Source: Octopus sinensis
Taxonomy: Eukaryota
Direction of reading: 5' to 3'
Length of the DNA: 64,000 nucleotides
Assembly: GCF_006345805.1 (NCBI RefSeq)
Contig: NC_042998.1
Span: forward strand, 112,344,001-112,408,000
The notes beneath the pieces were generated by a model that had not been told where the DNA came from, ran no database searches, and worked only from the letters and a program-made list of their open reading frames with translations. Of the stretch, positions 27,698 to 42,193 are shown piece after piece. Each line of letters opens with the position of its first letter. The stretch's first letter is position 1. Both the position numbers and the translations under genes were made by a program.

Positions 27698-27758
<61 letters not shown>

Positions 27759-27759
<1 letters not shown>

Positions 27760-28287
27760 TCTCATGGCTTCTGATCTTAACTGATTGGAAGTGTTATCAT
27801 GTACATTGTTTTGTCTTGGTAGAAAAGATGGGCTACAGCAAATATTCTGCTCAATACCACAGATTTGTTTGTCAGTTGTTTGACCTTAACCAGTTGAGCA
27901 TGTCCTTTAGTGGCTGACGATATGTGCATCTCTGATCACGAGCAGAAGTAGTGGGGGAGCATCATAGCCATGTGTTGAGAGGGATTCTTTGGGGTTTGAA
28001 TAATTCACCTCTGGAAACATGGGTGGTTTTTTCAACATCCTTAAACAACCCTTATTCAGGGACCGTTTGAGCAGGATGGGCTACTCAACCTGAAGAAAAT
28101 TCTAACTGGGCCCCACCTGCAAGGTCATGTGCTGTTTATCTTGATATGAGATCACCATGTCGCGTACATATGGTTGTGATGCATGTGCCTGGTGTACCGT
28201 TATCAGACGGGTAGTCACGATGGGTATATTGAGCTTCGTATATTTTACCCCAGTGTCACTTTGATGGCATGAACTGCTCTCTCACTC
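27759..28287 (+). mobile_element. 529-bp non-coding retroposon-like element bounded by (AAT)n on both sides
   Basis: Preceded by (AAT)n at 27700-27758 and followed by (AAT)n at 28288-28470; a second, 5'-truncated copy lies at 25955. Confidence 0.8.
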
Positions 28288-28294
28288 AATAATG

Positions 28295-28349
<55 letters not shown>

Positions 28350-28366
28350 TAATAATAATAATAATA

Positions 28367-28409
<43 letters not shown>

Positions 28410-28936
28410 TTAATAATAATAATAATATAATAATAATAATGATGATGATAATAATAATAATAATAATAATAAATGCACACAAATTCACACTTCAAAAATC
28501 AAAAGCCAATATGAAAGTTATCACTTGCACAAGCGCACATGCATACGGACTTACACATTCGAACACAGGTATAGACATGCACAGACTTATATTAAAACGG
28601 ACAATCATGATAAAAATCAATAGATCGATAAATATTTAGGTCTTTGTAGTATTTTTAATTTTATTTTTGTAATCCCGACCAGTCAGACTGTGACGATACT
28701 GGTATTTATTCTTTACTCGTAGAAGAGAAATCTGCAACAATTTTATACTCAGAAATTGTGTAGAAACCGAGATTGACGGTGGGCATCAGCTTATGTTTAT
28801 ATAGGTAAACGTGTAAACCGATGACTCAATAGAAAAAAATTGAATAAACAGGGCGCTCACTCGACTTTGATTTTTTGCCTTGTCTAACGACAGAACGTCA
28901 TATATATAACCTAAAATTAGTGATATATATATATAT

Positions 28937-28979
<43 letters not shown>

Positions 28980-29076
28980 ATATATAAAGATAAGATCGTT
29001 AATTTAATTATCGATCTTATCAAGTGGCCAGCATGGCAATAAAAGCCTTCAAAGGTAATAATAATTATTAAAATTA

Positions 29077-29245
29077 TAATTTAGGGTATCTAAGAGATAC
29101 CACCACGCTTGAAATAGCAGCCAAAACTTGACTCTAAAACCATATTAAATGTTCATACAGCACCTGTATAAACATTTAATGCGGTTGTAGAGTGAGTCAA
29201 GTTTTGGCTGGTATTTCCAGCGTGGTGGCATCTCTTAGATATCCT

Positions 29246-29252
<7 letters not shown>
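29077..29252. mobile_element. Palindromic MITE in (TA)n; extra termini at 29325-29367 and 29678-29706
   Basis: taatttagggtatctaagagataccaccacgcttgaaatagcagccaaaacttgactc... is mirrored by ...gagtcaagttttggctggtatttccagcgtggtggcatctcttagatatcctaaatta. Confidence 0.8.
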
Positions 29253-29324
<72 letters not shown>

Positions 29325-29361
29325 GATATCCTAAATCTCTAGGATATCTCTTAGATATCCT

Positions 29362-29548
<187 letters not shown>

Positions 29549-29591
29549 CTATATATATATATATAATATACATATATATATATATATATAT

Positions 29592-29651
<60 letters not shown>

Positions 29652-29652
29652 G

Positions 29653-29683
<31 letters not shown>

Positions 29684-29705
29684 AGGATATCTAAGAGATA
29701 CCACC

Positions 29706-29928
29706 AAGGCGGCGAGCTGGCAGAAACGTTAGCACGCCGGGCGAAATGCGTAGCCGTATTTCGTCTGCCGCTACCTTGTGAGTTCAAATTCCGCCGAAGT
29801 CGACTTTACCTTTCATCCTTTCGGGGTCGATTAAATAAGTACCAGTTACGCACTGGGGTCGATATAATCGACTTAATCCGTTTGTTTGTCCTCTCTGTGT
29901 TTAGCCTCTTGTGGGTAGTAAAGAAATA
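29706..29928 (+). mobile_element. SINE family A, full length, fused to a MITE terminus
   Basis: A-box tggcagaaacgttag and B-box gagttcaaattcc; directly follows taatttaggatatctaagagataccacc. Confidence 0.9.
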
Positions 29929-29989
29929 TATATATATATATATATTCACACACGCACACTTACACACACACACACACAAACAAACATAT

Positions 29990-30066
29990 CAGGCAAAGCT
30001 GTGTGGTAAGAAGTTTACTTCCCGATCACATGATTCCGGAATCAGTTCCACTGCGTAACACCCTTG
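29990..30066 (+). mobile_element. SINE family B head fragment
   Basis: gctgtgtggtaagaagtttacttcccgatcacatgattccgg...ccactgcg. Confidence 0.65.
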
Positions 30067-30789
30067 CACATTGTGCCTCCGATTCAGGGAATTCAGGGAA
30101 AAACTCATATCGCGGGTTAAAATAATCACCTGATAGTGGTTAAGGGCTCGTTTGAACTAAAATTTTAAGGGCTATCAGCTAGAACCAAAACTGTTTTTTT
30201 CTTTGTTTATGGGAGTTTGGGTTCAAATAACCAAATCAGGGCATATCGACCAAAATTGCCTTTTTGGTGTATTGCAGTTAAAAATGATTATCTGTAAGAT
30301 CTCACCAGCTTTCAATCAAGGAAATCCTCCATGACATCTTCAGAATAATGTCCAGCATGTTGCATCAAGCAGTTCTTCTGTTTGTAGTGAATTCTTCAAA
30401 ACATAAGGTGTTGGTTTTGACAGAAGAACAATCAAAAATCGAATCTCAATATTACTGACTGGTCCATGTTACGCATATTTATTGTTTTGCATTGTTGTTT
30501 CAATATTTCTTGTGAATAATTAGTGATCAGTTTTCACAATTCAGTGCAAATGATTCTGATTTTCTTTGTGAATCATGGGGTGAGAGAGTTCATTGCATTT
30601 TTCCTATTTTTGTGGCAGGGTGGGGTTAGACTCAATCTAAGGATTTGTTGGGAATATTTTTTTTTTGCTGTCTCGTGTTTTGGCCCTTCTTCAATTTCGG
30701 CGTGAGCAAGGCAAAATCCTCCAAGCCTGAATCTGACCTTCCTATTCAGATTTTTACCCCATAAAATAGGATGAATACCCCCAAAAGAC

Positions 30790-30832
30790 TGGACGTAGAA
30801 CCATGTGGTCGGGACGCAAGCTTCTTACCACA
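30790..30832 (-). mobile_element. SINE family B head fragment
   Basis: gaaccatgtggtcgggacgcaagcttcttaccaca. Confidence 0.55.
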
Positions 30833-31135
30833 AATATATAAGTAAAAGCGACGGAAATAGTATTAACGCCAAATGGTAATCTTCTTCTCCAACTTACGGG
30901 TAAGTTGTGTTAGAAGACACGCTATTGTGTTATTTACCTTGAGGTAAATTTCTCATAAGGACTTGTGGTGCATAAAAGCATTCTCAAAAGTATATCGTTG
31001 ATAAACGAGAATCGTCTGCTACGGCCGCAGATTTGCCAGGTCATCTGATTTCACCCTGCTATAGGTTCCTCAGTGACAGATGTCCAGTATATATACATGT
31101 GTGTTTGCGTGTGTGTATATTTGTTTGTGTGTGTA

Positions 31136-31171
<36 letters not shown>

Positions 31172-34100
31172 TATGTGTGCGTGCGCTCTATGTAAGTAGA
31201 GATGTCTTTGGAAATGAGAGTAAGTATGCGTGTGATGTTGAGACGTTACTTTCACACAATGCACTTACAATTTTACTTTTTGGCATTAACGGGGAAATTA
31301 ATTGCGCGTGCATTGCTAAACGGGATGTCCTTGTAGATACTACGGATACAGATTTTTAACTTAAAACGACACATGCGTTGTGGTTGATATTACATTAACC
31401 ATTGCCTCTCCATTTTCTGTTTAATCCAATGAAGAGCAGTGTTCAAGAATCTATTATTTTGTAAACGTAATTTTTCATATACTTTATATGATGCTTGGTT
31501 CATCTCACAGGATTTATCTTTCCAAAAAGATTATTTATCTACTTAAACATTAGTTTCCTTTGCTATGCACAGTTTCCTTCGCTTCTTGGCCAAAGACCAG
31601 GGAATACTTAAGTTTTGAACATACAATTACTACTTACTACACACACAATTGAGAACATTCCCAATACAATGTTGACCCGATTCGTTTCATATTGTTTGGG
31701 GCTGAATTTCATGACTGGTGTTAGAATTAAATCACTTATCCATCTCAACACCAACCAGTCTCTCATCATTGATTGTCTGTTGCTGATAACAGTTTACTCA
31801 CGTACCTCATGTCTAACATAAATATCAATGCCAGATTTAATGATGAGTTATTGATATTTAGCAAGTTTTCTTCTGACTTTTAGCACATTCACTTCATTAC
31901 CCAAACAGCTAAATTAAATATCTATACACTGATAATACCTACAATATTAATAAACAGAGTTGAAATCTGGATATATGTCTAAGCAACATTCATCTTCGAT
32001 ATCAAAATATCCTCTTCTGTATCTCATCGAAACTAAATTTAGTGACTGCAGTCTCTTAAAAGTGATGAAATCTAAAGCTTCCTAATAGTAATATACTTCA
32101 GATGAGTTAGACATGTAGTGTGTAAGGAAGTGCAAAAAGTAAATTTTGTAGGATCAAATCATCGCATTGAACATACTTGTCTAACCAAGCCTTCTGCTCG
32201 GTTCAAGACCAGTTTCAAAGAAGACATAAAACACGCATAAATAAATGCCGACTCAAGTGGTGTGTGGATGTATGTATTGTACTGAAATGCAATCGATTCA
32301 GAGTTGCCACAAAGCGCAGAGAACCATGCTAACTTGAGAATAGTTGTAGACACAGCATACGTATGCGCTTCGTGTAGTTTTATAGGTTGATCAAAAATGT
32401 ACCCTTTATATGCATCTCCATAGTTACAGCTAAAATGGATCGATCAGTCGCGGTCACCTTATCTGTAGATAGTAGTACATAATCACAAAAACTAAAGAAA
32501 CTAATTATATAATCACAAAACTAAAGAAAAGAAAAATAAGAAAAGAAACCAAACTTACAAGAATTTAGTATAATCAGCAGTAAATATAACACCTAGAGAC
32601 TAAACAAATTGCTAATTTGGCTTACAAATATAAATATGAAGGAATTAGACTTCGTTAAGGCAGGTGTTAAAAGGGTGTTGGAATTATAAGACTAGCGCTG
32701 TTCCTTATCATACGATATACATTGCGATGTAATAAACACCTCTTGTGTTTTGAGTGGCCTTTTGATCGGCTGGCGTTAGCTCGTTTCTTCATATGAAGAG
32801 AATCTGAAACAAATTAACTGCTTCTTGAATCAGTTGTCGGTCTATTGCGCTTAATATGCAACTACCTTCAAAAGATAGGTCACTGAAAGATAAATATTCT
32901 GCCCCAGAATACATTGGGATTTGCATCGGATTGCAACCAACGATCTCTGGGCAATTAAATAAAATGCCTATTTAACCATGTACCTCTTCGGACTACAAAT
33001 GCACATGTAATAATGCCAGCAGTTTGTTGTGTTATTTTATTGATATAATATACTCAACTATGACGACACTGACAATTATGTAAAAAGATGCAATACATGA
33101 AAACAATACAAGCTAAAGAGCCTATATCACTATCACGTTGTACAAAACCCAAACTTCAACTCGTGAAGATTAGCCAATGCTAGAAATAGCAGAAAAATAT
33201 TCTTTAAATCATATCTTACAATCTTAAAAATATAACATATAGGTTAATGTAGTTCCACATACCCTATGCGGACAAACAGGACACAACAGCAATGCCTTTG
33301 ATCAGAGATCTTCTCAGTCAAGGCCTACTAGCGTTTGACTACAATACATAACGATATTGCATGCAATATTACCCTAAAACAATTCCATTAACGTCAATCA
33401 ACTGATTACGACAAACCATAAAATGAACACATTTAAAGCAAATTTAGAAGTGTGTAAACTATATATGTGATTTAATGGTCGTATTCCGTGATGATAAAGT
33501 CAAATAAAGTTGAAATGTAGTTACATTACTTCTGCGGAAAACAGTAATGTAACGAAACAAACTCCGAAATTGTAATTAATATTATGAGACGTTAATATTG
33601 AAGTGGTTAACCTAGTATAGCTGTGCCTTAAACAATAGTAGTACCCAAAATATGTGTGAAAGAGATAAATAGGGAGGGTGAAATAGCGTTCACATATGTG
33701 CGCGCGTTTATGAATGTGTATGGCTCTGTGTATGTGCCTGTGTATTTATAATCATTATGAATATTTTCTATAGAGAAGGTGCTGGCTTCAACAAAAAGCA
33801 AAGCTCGGTCACAGTAATTAACATAACAACAATAATAAAGATACAAATTGAAGTTGATAAAATTCCTGACTATTTTTATTGTCCCACGTGCAGACTGCAT
33901 TTGCAAAGTGTCTGAGAACCCCATTTAGTAACATAACCGATTGCACCAATAATTACGTGTACAACAGTAAATATATAATCTGGGTACAAGAAGGCGTAGG
34001 TTTTGAAGCTGTTGTCCAAAATTATTCTTCCTCATTTCTTTCTGATTTTAAAGAAATTTTCACATCTGCGGGACAGCTGACCTCTCTAACTGTATAATTA

Positions 34101-34252
34101 AAATGCTTTTTAGGCCTGTTATGTTTGCATTTGGTTGAAGTTTTGATGGAAATGTTCCCTCAATATGCGTTATGTTGAAACCTATGTATATACTCAAGAT
34201 GAGAAATATTTTCTATATTTATCTCAAGGCAATCATTCCTACATATGGCATT

Positions 34253-34500
34253 TTATATTGTTTTAGCTACATCATGCCCCATTGGAAGATAATATCTTAA
34301 CGACATTTTTGGGCAGCTGCTGATCATATGTGTGCTATCTTTCAGAGAAATGTGCCATAATCGACATTTTCGGTCGCATCTTGGGTTTTTAAGCGCTTCA
34401 CTGTTGCTTTTCTTTAATAGGCATGTAGCTATCTCCTGATCTGGGATTTCAAAAGCATTATATTCACTATGTGCCGTGATATAAATGACCGAACCCAAGA
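34253..34500 (-). mobile_element. Decayed RLE-type LINE (R4/NeSL-like) zinc-knuckle fragment
   Basis: CRLWHISLKDSTHMISSCPKMSLRYYLPMGHDVAKTI resembles the CRLC...H..S.C........RHD.V motif that precedes RLE domains. Confidence 0.6.
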
Positions 34501-36438
34501 GAATCTACACTTCCTATCAATATTAGTATCTGTTGAGAAAATGTTTTATTACAAGCCATGTTATTCAAAGAAGGGAATTCCTCGATGCTAATGCAATGGA
34601 ATTCGTAAATGTTCTAGAAATGAGCTAATCTAAGCCATGGACTAATTAATTATTAGAAATTCCAAGTTAACTCTTAGCATTTTCTTTCTTGCTTAACATC
34701 ACATAAATTTTCGTCAAGGAAATTTTACAGGATGTCTGCAAGCCATAAGAACTTTAAGGATTGTAAAGGTTGTAATTTTCAGTTTGTAACCGCATATTGA
34801 ATATGTAAAAAGTCAATTGGAGATGCCTTCAGAGTAGCTTGGAATCGTCATTGATCTAAACAGCGTTTATTGGAAAGCACAACTTTAGATTTGTCAACCA
34901 GACTTTATCAGCCAAAAGATCTTGATTCAGCTAATACAAGTTAAAGTTACTATAGTATGGAGTTAAACCATTGAATTGGAACTACTACATCTGACCAAGC
35001 TTGTACCTTGTAAAACAATCTACGCTCTATTTTAGTAATAGTTTCAGTCAATGCTAAATCAGTATGTTTTCGAAACATCCACGGATTAAATGCCCTGAAA
35101 ATGAAACTGGGTGTCATAAGTTTCACAGAAAAAAGACCATTTTGCTTCAGTGTGTCGTGCTACTATTTTTATCAGCCATCACCACTATCATTATTTCAAC
35201 TAATCAATCAATGTTGGCAATAATGACTTCAACTGCTACCCTGGGAGTATAATCGAAAGTATGTTTGAAGCTAGACCTCAAATGAACTAAAGTAGATGAA
35301 TGGTTCAGCGCTGTTTCTATGGTTACAACTTAACTTTCTATGCAAATCTGAATCTCTAGCATGGTGCGTCTCAAAGTGAACGGCGCAAAATTTTGTATTG
35401 TTCACCTTTCTGTACTTCCTCAGTTTTATTTTGAGATTGTTCTTGGGTAGGACTTTCAGAAGATTTTAACATTATAATACTAGTATATGACGTGTGGTGG
35501 TGGTGGTGGTGGTGGTGGTGGTGATGATGGGGAGTAAATCTCCATATTTGTGGATTTTACACTTTATATGTTAATACTTTTGCCTCATCTGATAATCTGA
35601 TGTTTGATTATCATCCTATAACGGAATCTCGTCGTTACGTTCCTTCAGAGCTATCGATATATTATATAAGATTGCTTACCTACCAAGTATTTGGTATAGG
35701 TGATCTCCACAGTCCCTACCAGCGAGTTTTAATTAGAAATAAGGACGAACAATACTCGGCATTCGGGGCTGGAAGAAGCTTTTACCAGTTTACTCGAATT
35801 TTTTTTTTTTACTTTCAGCGCATCATTTATTCGAATGTTACAGAAGAATAAAAACTAGTTAGAAATTTGCATACTGGAACAATGTTGACGCTTGTGGTAT
35901 CACACAGAAAGATCGCGATTCTAATCTTCAAAAGTTCCATGCTGACGCTAAAAGAAGGAATTGGTTCCGAGAGAAAATTTATATTTTCAAGTGAAAGACT
36001 AAACATCTTTGGTTATGAAACTGGAAATAGAGAGATGTACCTAAGTCTACAACAGCTGCAACCACTGAGTAATTTATCTGTTTCTTGGAATATTGATCAA
36101 TTTATGAACTTTTCGGCGTTTTTCCTCATCATTCTCAGATTTTGCAAGGTTTATTGCCATAATGTAATGTTAGTGGATGGAAGAAAGAAGGAGCAAAAAC
36201 AGTGAGCAGCAGTGTTAGTAGAACTTACAGAAACATTCTACTATATGTCGTCAGTTTCTGACGTCAGACAGCGTTTTCCTACTTCAGTCCCTCTTTAATA
36301 ATCTCATCTGTCAACTTTCACTTTCTCTCTTTTCAATTTGATTCTCGCCCTCTCTCTTTTAAACACATACACACACATCTACATACGTACATACATACAT
36401 ACGTACATACATACATACATACATACATACATGCATAC

Positions 36439-36527
<89 letters not shown>

Positions 36528-37917
36528 CTACAGCAGACATTTATTAAACGCCCCTGATTCCAAACAACATGTCTGTATTTTTAAAACATTTGCAGATTGA
36601 AATAATTATAAACATTTGGTAACAGCAAGGCTTAAAAAAAATAAGCCTTATGTTTAAATATATAAATGTTGTGATATATAAATAAATAATAACAAATAAA
36701 AGCAATGGTTGAATAAGTTATTAAACGCTAAGGAGAGTAAAAGCATTAGAAGAAAGAGAAAGGAAGAAAAAGAGACAGAGAGAAGAGAAAGTACCTACAA
36801 CAAAAATATCAACAGCCTTAGCAACAACACCGATGATAACGATAACATGGAAAACTGAGTTAAGCCATCGAAGTTTTGGTGTGTTGAATGGATTTTACAC
36901 AACCAGTTATAAGTTTATGAAACGGTTGTGCTTTTAATGTATAGTGTCTGTATATGTGTGTGTGCGAAGGCGCGTGTGCGACTGTGTGTGGTGTAGCAAG
37001 TTAGTCATTAAGTTTAACAGCTTAAATTCTTCACAGCGTTTTGTAAGCTTTATAATCAATAAGCAGCACGCCATAGAAATAAAATGACAAGCTAGCCAAA
37101 ATGTTCCTCCTCTATGTTTTTGCAGAGGTTTCGCTCGTCCAGTAGACTTAGCGTGACATAGAGCATCATTGGGGACTGAGAACGTCTGAGGATTTCAGCT
37201 ATCCAGCTTCGAGCAGTTCAGTAACGTATTTATTTTGCTGGTGTTATTTAGTCGAGGTTGTCTTAGATATAAGATGATATTCAATAACTCGTAAGCATCT
37301 CATCATATTCTGTTCTTAGAGACTGTCAATATCACTATTTCTGTTAAAGTTTCCAAGTGATATCAGGATTTTGAAGATTTTACAATAGACAGAGCGGATT
37401 TCCTCTGTAGACTAGTGAAGTATCTGAAATATTGATTCCACTACTCGTACTGCAAATCCATTTTGAGATATTGTCGTATCACAAGAAAAGAGTTTCGACT
37501 GCCATAAGACAGGTATAGTATTCTTTGATAACTCTGTCTTTGTTCAGAGCACATTTGTATGAGATATTTTCGTTAATACGTAGCAGTTTGTAGCATTCAC
37601 TGTATGGAACAAGAGAAATAGAGACCATTGATGTAAAGGTTTGAGGTTTGGGAAACAATTTTCCCGTATTCAGTTATCAAATGTAAACGTGTTTTCACCA
37701 AATTCCATCCCTATATCTACCGAAAATGTTATTAAATCCAGCTGTTTCACAGCATTCTAAATATTTCCGATATAGGTCTATAGAACAACCACAAGAAATT
37801 ATACGTTAGCTTTGTATTTCTTGTTGTAGATCAGAGCACACATAAGTACTGGATACTTATAAAATCAATAGCAGTGTACACACACGCACACACGCACGCA
37901 CAGATACAAACACACAC

Positions 37918-37958
<41 letters not shown>

Positions 37959-37974
37959 TATTTATATTCTAATT

Positions 37975-38175
37975 TTACTTGCTTCAATCATTTCAGTCAT
38001 TGGTCTGCGGCCATGCTGAGTCACCTCTTTGAAGGATGTAGTCGAACAAATCGACCCCAGTGCATATTTCTCTTAAGCCTGGTACTCATTCTATCAATCT
38101 CTCTTTGCCGAACCAGGAGTGTAAACAAAATAACAATAGTTGTCAAATCATGGTGTAGGACAAACACAGACACAG

Positions 38176-38211
<36 letters not shown>

Positions 38212-38220
38212 GACGACGAC
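37975..38220 (-). mobile_element. SINE family B, 3' half
   Basis: cagtcattggtctgcggccatgctg...tcgaccccag...gccgaacc...ggacaaacacagacac. Confidence 0.75.
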
Positions 38221-39160
38221 AAGCAGTCAAGCACCCCGACACTGCTTGACTGCACGTTGCGGGTTATTCAGAGGGTAAGCGTTGGACATACATGTAAAGA
38301 CTGCGTAACGTATATCATTTGAATAATACACAGTCGTGTAACTGTAGTAATTTAAATGTAACTAATCTATGAAACTGTTTAGGACACATGGCCACATACG
38401 CATTTATATATCTATGTGTGTACAGATAGAGGTATGCGTGTGTTTACGAATGTATTAATACATACATACATACATACATACATACATACATACATACATA
38501 CATACATACATAACAAGGAATGGGCTCATTGATACGCAGAGAAAAGTCAGGCAGGTAAACAGATGTAGGAAAGGATAAATAGAAAGGGAAAAGTAAGATC
38601 TATGAAAATGAGAAGGAAAGAGAGAAACTAATGTTAGAATATTTCCAAACGAATGTTAAGCGTTTAAAACTTGGAAAAAATTAATTGATTTTAAAATGAT
38701 ATGCCGCAAGGGGTGTTCAATTGGAAAGCCGTTGAAAATTTGTGAGGTAAGTCAAGTGTTATAATAAAAAAGTTAAGACGGAATAACATGTATGTATTTA
38801 CACCGTGAAGATACCAAGATGCGATCATGTGTTATATCTTCAAGGTGATTGAAATCAAAATCTTTAAATGTATTTTTCCTCATTCACAAGTCATTCCGGG
38901 ATTTCAAATATTGTATTAAGATAAATATCATGTTGTCGTGAATGATTTAACGTCAATTTTTTTTATGTATATAAATCACATTTCTGCCATGTCCCGGGAT
39001 GTTTTCAAGATTCTCTTTCTGACCCTGTAGATGAAGATCATATTTTTCAAAGATAGCTGGAAAGCTTACTTGTGTCATGGCTTTCGAAATTTCTGAAATT
39101 AGACAGGAGTTTGAAGTGGCGCATATTAAAATGTCTTTCAGTTCAACTCTTTTGATAATA

Positions 39161-39360
39161 TTGGTTTCAAATTTTGGAACAAGGCCAGCAAGTTCGAGGT
39201 AGGGGATAAATTGATTACATCGATCTCAGTGCTTAACTGGTACTTATTTTATCGACCCCGAAAGGTAGAAAGGCAAAGTCGACCTCTATGAAATTTGACC
39301 TCAGAACGCAAAAAGGAACGAAATGCAGCTAAAAGTTTTGCCAGGCGTGCAAACGATTTT
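39161..39360 (-). mobile_element. SINE family A
   Basis: Shared body; flanked by the direct repeat tttgataatatt. Confidence 0.8.
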
Positions 39361-39389
39361 GATAATATTACTTGATAATATTACCACTG

Positions 39390-39522
39390 TTGGCCACCGC
39401 GGTCGACTTTGCCTTTCATAATTTCGGGATCTATAAAATAAGTACCAGCTGAGCACTGGGTTCAATGTAATCGACTTCCCGTCTCCTAAAATTACTGACA
39501 TTGTACTAAAATTTGAAACCAA
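39390..39522 (+). mobile_element. SINE family A, 5'-truncated, head-to-head with the previous copy
   Basis: gtcgactttgcctttcat...aagtaccag...aaatttgaaaccaat. Confidence 0.8.
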
Positions 39523-40034
39523 TTGATAGGATTTAAATGCTCAATTCCCGCTTGCTAGATGATGGCTCTAGCACTGAAGGATTCGTTCAGTGGGGTTTAA
39601 AGTTTCTACATTCATTTTTCTGCCTGCACAAGAGCCTTCAGGTCCAGTTGTGTTTTGCGTGATATATTTTTCATGGTGGTGGTACTACTAATAATAAAGA
39701 GGCCATGTCTCTTGACCAACTTCATGTATCCGTAGTTAAAGAAGACATGCTGTAAAAAGATTTTTAACTGTATTAGGCTGTGTTAATTATATCAATATCG
39801 GGTTGCCTTGTGAAAAGTATATTTTTGTAAAGTTCGATACATTTCTACAATTCTGTATCGACGGAGATTAGTCTCTCGTTCAGTTACCTCTAATGCTTCT
39901 ATGGTTTGGTGCCAAAGTTAACAGTGAGAGCTAACAAATTAACTAATATTATGTGCGATATTTGCACCTGTTATATATAAACATATGCATATAAGTACAC
40001 ACACATACACATTATATATATATATGTATGTATG

Positions 40035-40072
<38 letters not shown>

Positions 40073-40528
40073 TATATATAAGACTCCTACACCTAGAGTA
40101 AAATATAGTCTTCTATTGGTGCCGAAAGAACTCGCGAACTCTTACTCAGATTTTCACATAAATGAATACACGCATACACACATATACACAAAGATACGCC
40201 CATACCCAATCCCCACCCCACTCCACCTCTACGCTGGGTTTACTGTAATATTTTCAGTTATGTACTCACAAATACACAAATTGCAAGGCGATAAACTGTA
40301 GAATATAGTAGTATGCAAAAACAATTGGAGTGTGAGTCTGATTTTTACAGAAAACCGTTGGGATGGTGTCAGGTTTCTTGATGATAGCATCAACAGTTAG
40401 ACTGTGGTTTATTACATTTGAAATGTCTAGCGTGTGTTGGCCAAGATACTTTTCGCTTGATAAACATTTACTTTGACTGATTCCGAATTGACAAACTACA
40501 CATTCTTTCAATATTGTTAATTGTGATA

Positions 40529-40743
40529 AGGCGGCGAGCTGGCAGAAACGTTAGCACACTGGGCGAAATACTTGGCGGTATTTCGTCTGTGTTTATGTTC
40601 TAAGTTCAAATTCCGCCGAGGTTGACTTTGCCTTTCATCCTTTTGGGGGTCGATAAATTAAGTACCAGTTGCATACTCGGGTTCATCTAATTGACTGGCC
40701 CCCTCCTCGAGGAATTTCGGGCCTTGTACCTAGAGTAGAAAAG
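40529..40743 (+). mobile_element. SINE family A, full length, 19-bp TSD
   Basis: TSD aatattgttaattgtgata at 40510-40528 and 40744-40762. Confidence 0.92.
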
Positions 40744-42193
40744 AATATTGTTAATTGTGATATGTTGACATATCAACCTATAAATTAAAATGCTATGGAA
40801 TTCAAACTTGAACATCGGAAGTTAAATATTGAAACTATATATATATATATTATAAAATAAAATTGAGCGTTAGTCATTTCAAGTAAATAAAATATCACTA
40901 CATTAAAAATACTAAAATTGAGATTAAAGAGAAGTCAAGAACCTGGTGCACAAAATACTTTTGACTTTCCTTGGCAAAATTTTAAGTTAGATTAAATATA
41001 TTGTGCGTAGGTAACCGAGGAAGCTTAGATTCAACAGCAAATTTGATTTGTTAAATTCATTAATAAAACATGCAAGTCTGAAACTGTCACATTTAATTAA
41101 TATGCATGTGCTTCATGTTATAAGAATGCATTGCATTTAAATTCGAGATCTAAAGTTTTGTCTATGTTTTTTTTAAGCCATTGAGTTAAAGCTAAATACT
41201 TTAGAAATTGAATTTACAGTATAAGGTTCAAAATTCCGCTCATTAATATAATTAATTGAAATATATTCATATACAGGCGGGTTTAAAGTAATAAAGATAT
41301 ATTGCACTAAATATTAGTAAAATGAAATAAAAATATATCTAACAATAGGTTAATAATTAGAAATTAAAAATATAATGGAAAAATATATTATATTATACTA
41401 TATTATATTATATTATGTTATATTATATTATATCATATTAACGATGTGCTGTATAATTATGCGTTTTGCATAATTATTCTTCCATTCATATAGTTAAATT
41501 AAACTGCATGTCCCAATTTGTGTATTGAATAATTGATTAAATAAATATACAATATAAAGTTTTACTCAGGAGAGGAAAAACACAGCAATAAGTTGTTCAT
41601 ATTCTTCCTTACCTTATAAACGGTCTGAAATAATTTGGCATCAGTAGTTGTTTATGAAGGCAGCTAGAGATTAGTTTAGAAGTTAAATGAAAGGGAAAGA
41701 TTGGAGACCAGAGTTACTTATGAATAGAACATACAGTGTGACAGGGCTTGTTGGAAAGTTTGTATAGTTTGGCGAAACAAACCAATTTTCATTGAATAAT
41801 ATAACTTACCCTCTTATTTCTAAGATCGTTTTGGAATATATAGCTGTATTATATATTGCATTTCGAAAGAATGGTGTGTAGGAAGTTGATATTTACGCAG
41901 TAAATCTTACAAAATGTACATCTTACAAAATATGGTCTTGCCAATTATTCTAATGTTTTGTCTACTCAAGTTTAATTAAGTTTTGTCTACTCAAACTAAA
42001 AAAGTAATGACTAATTTTGAGTTACTATAATTTGAATAATTAAAGAGAAAAGAAAATGAGCTATGGGAAATATCTCAATTAGGTTAACGCCATGGATTTG
42101 GATTAATAATTAAGAGGTTAAGGTAATACTAAATACCACAAGTGAAAAAATTATTAATCAATTGAATCTGAGACATGCGTATTTATATGTTTA

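Noticed and set aside
28818-28850. CCGATGA-ctcaat...attgaa-TAAA as another hammerhead
   Set aside because: No GAAA, no UH site in register, and no convincing stem I.
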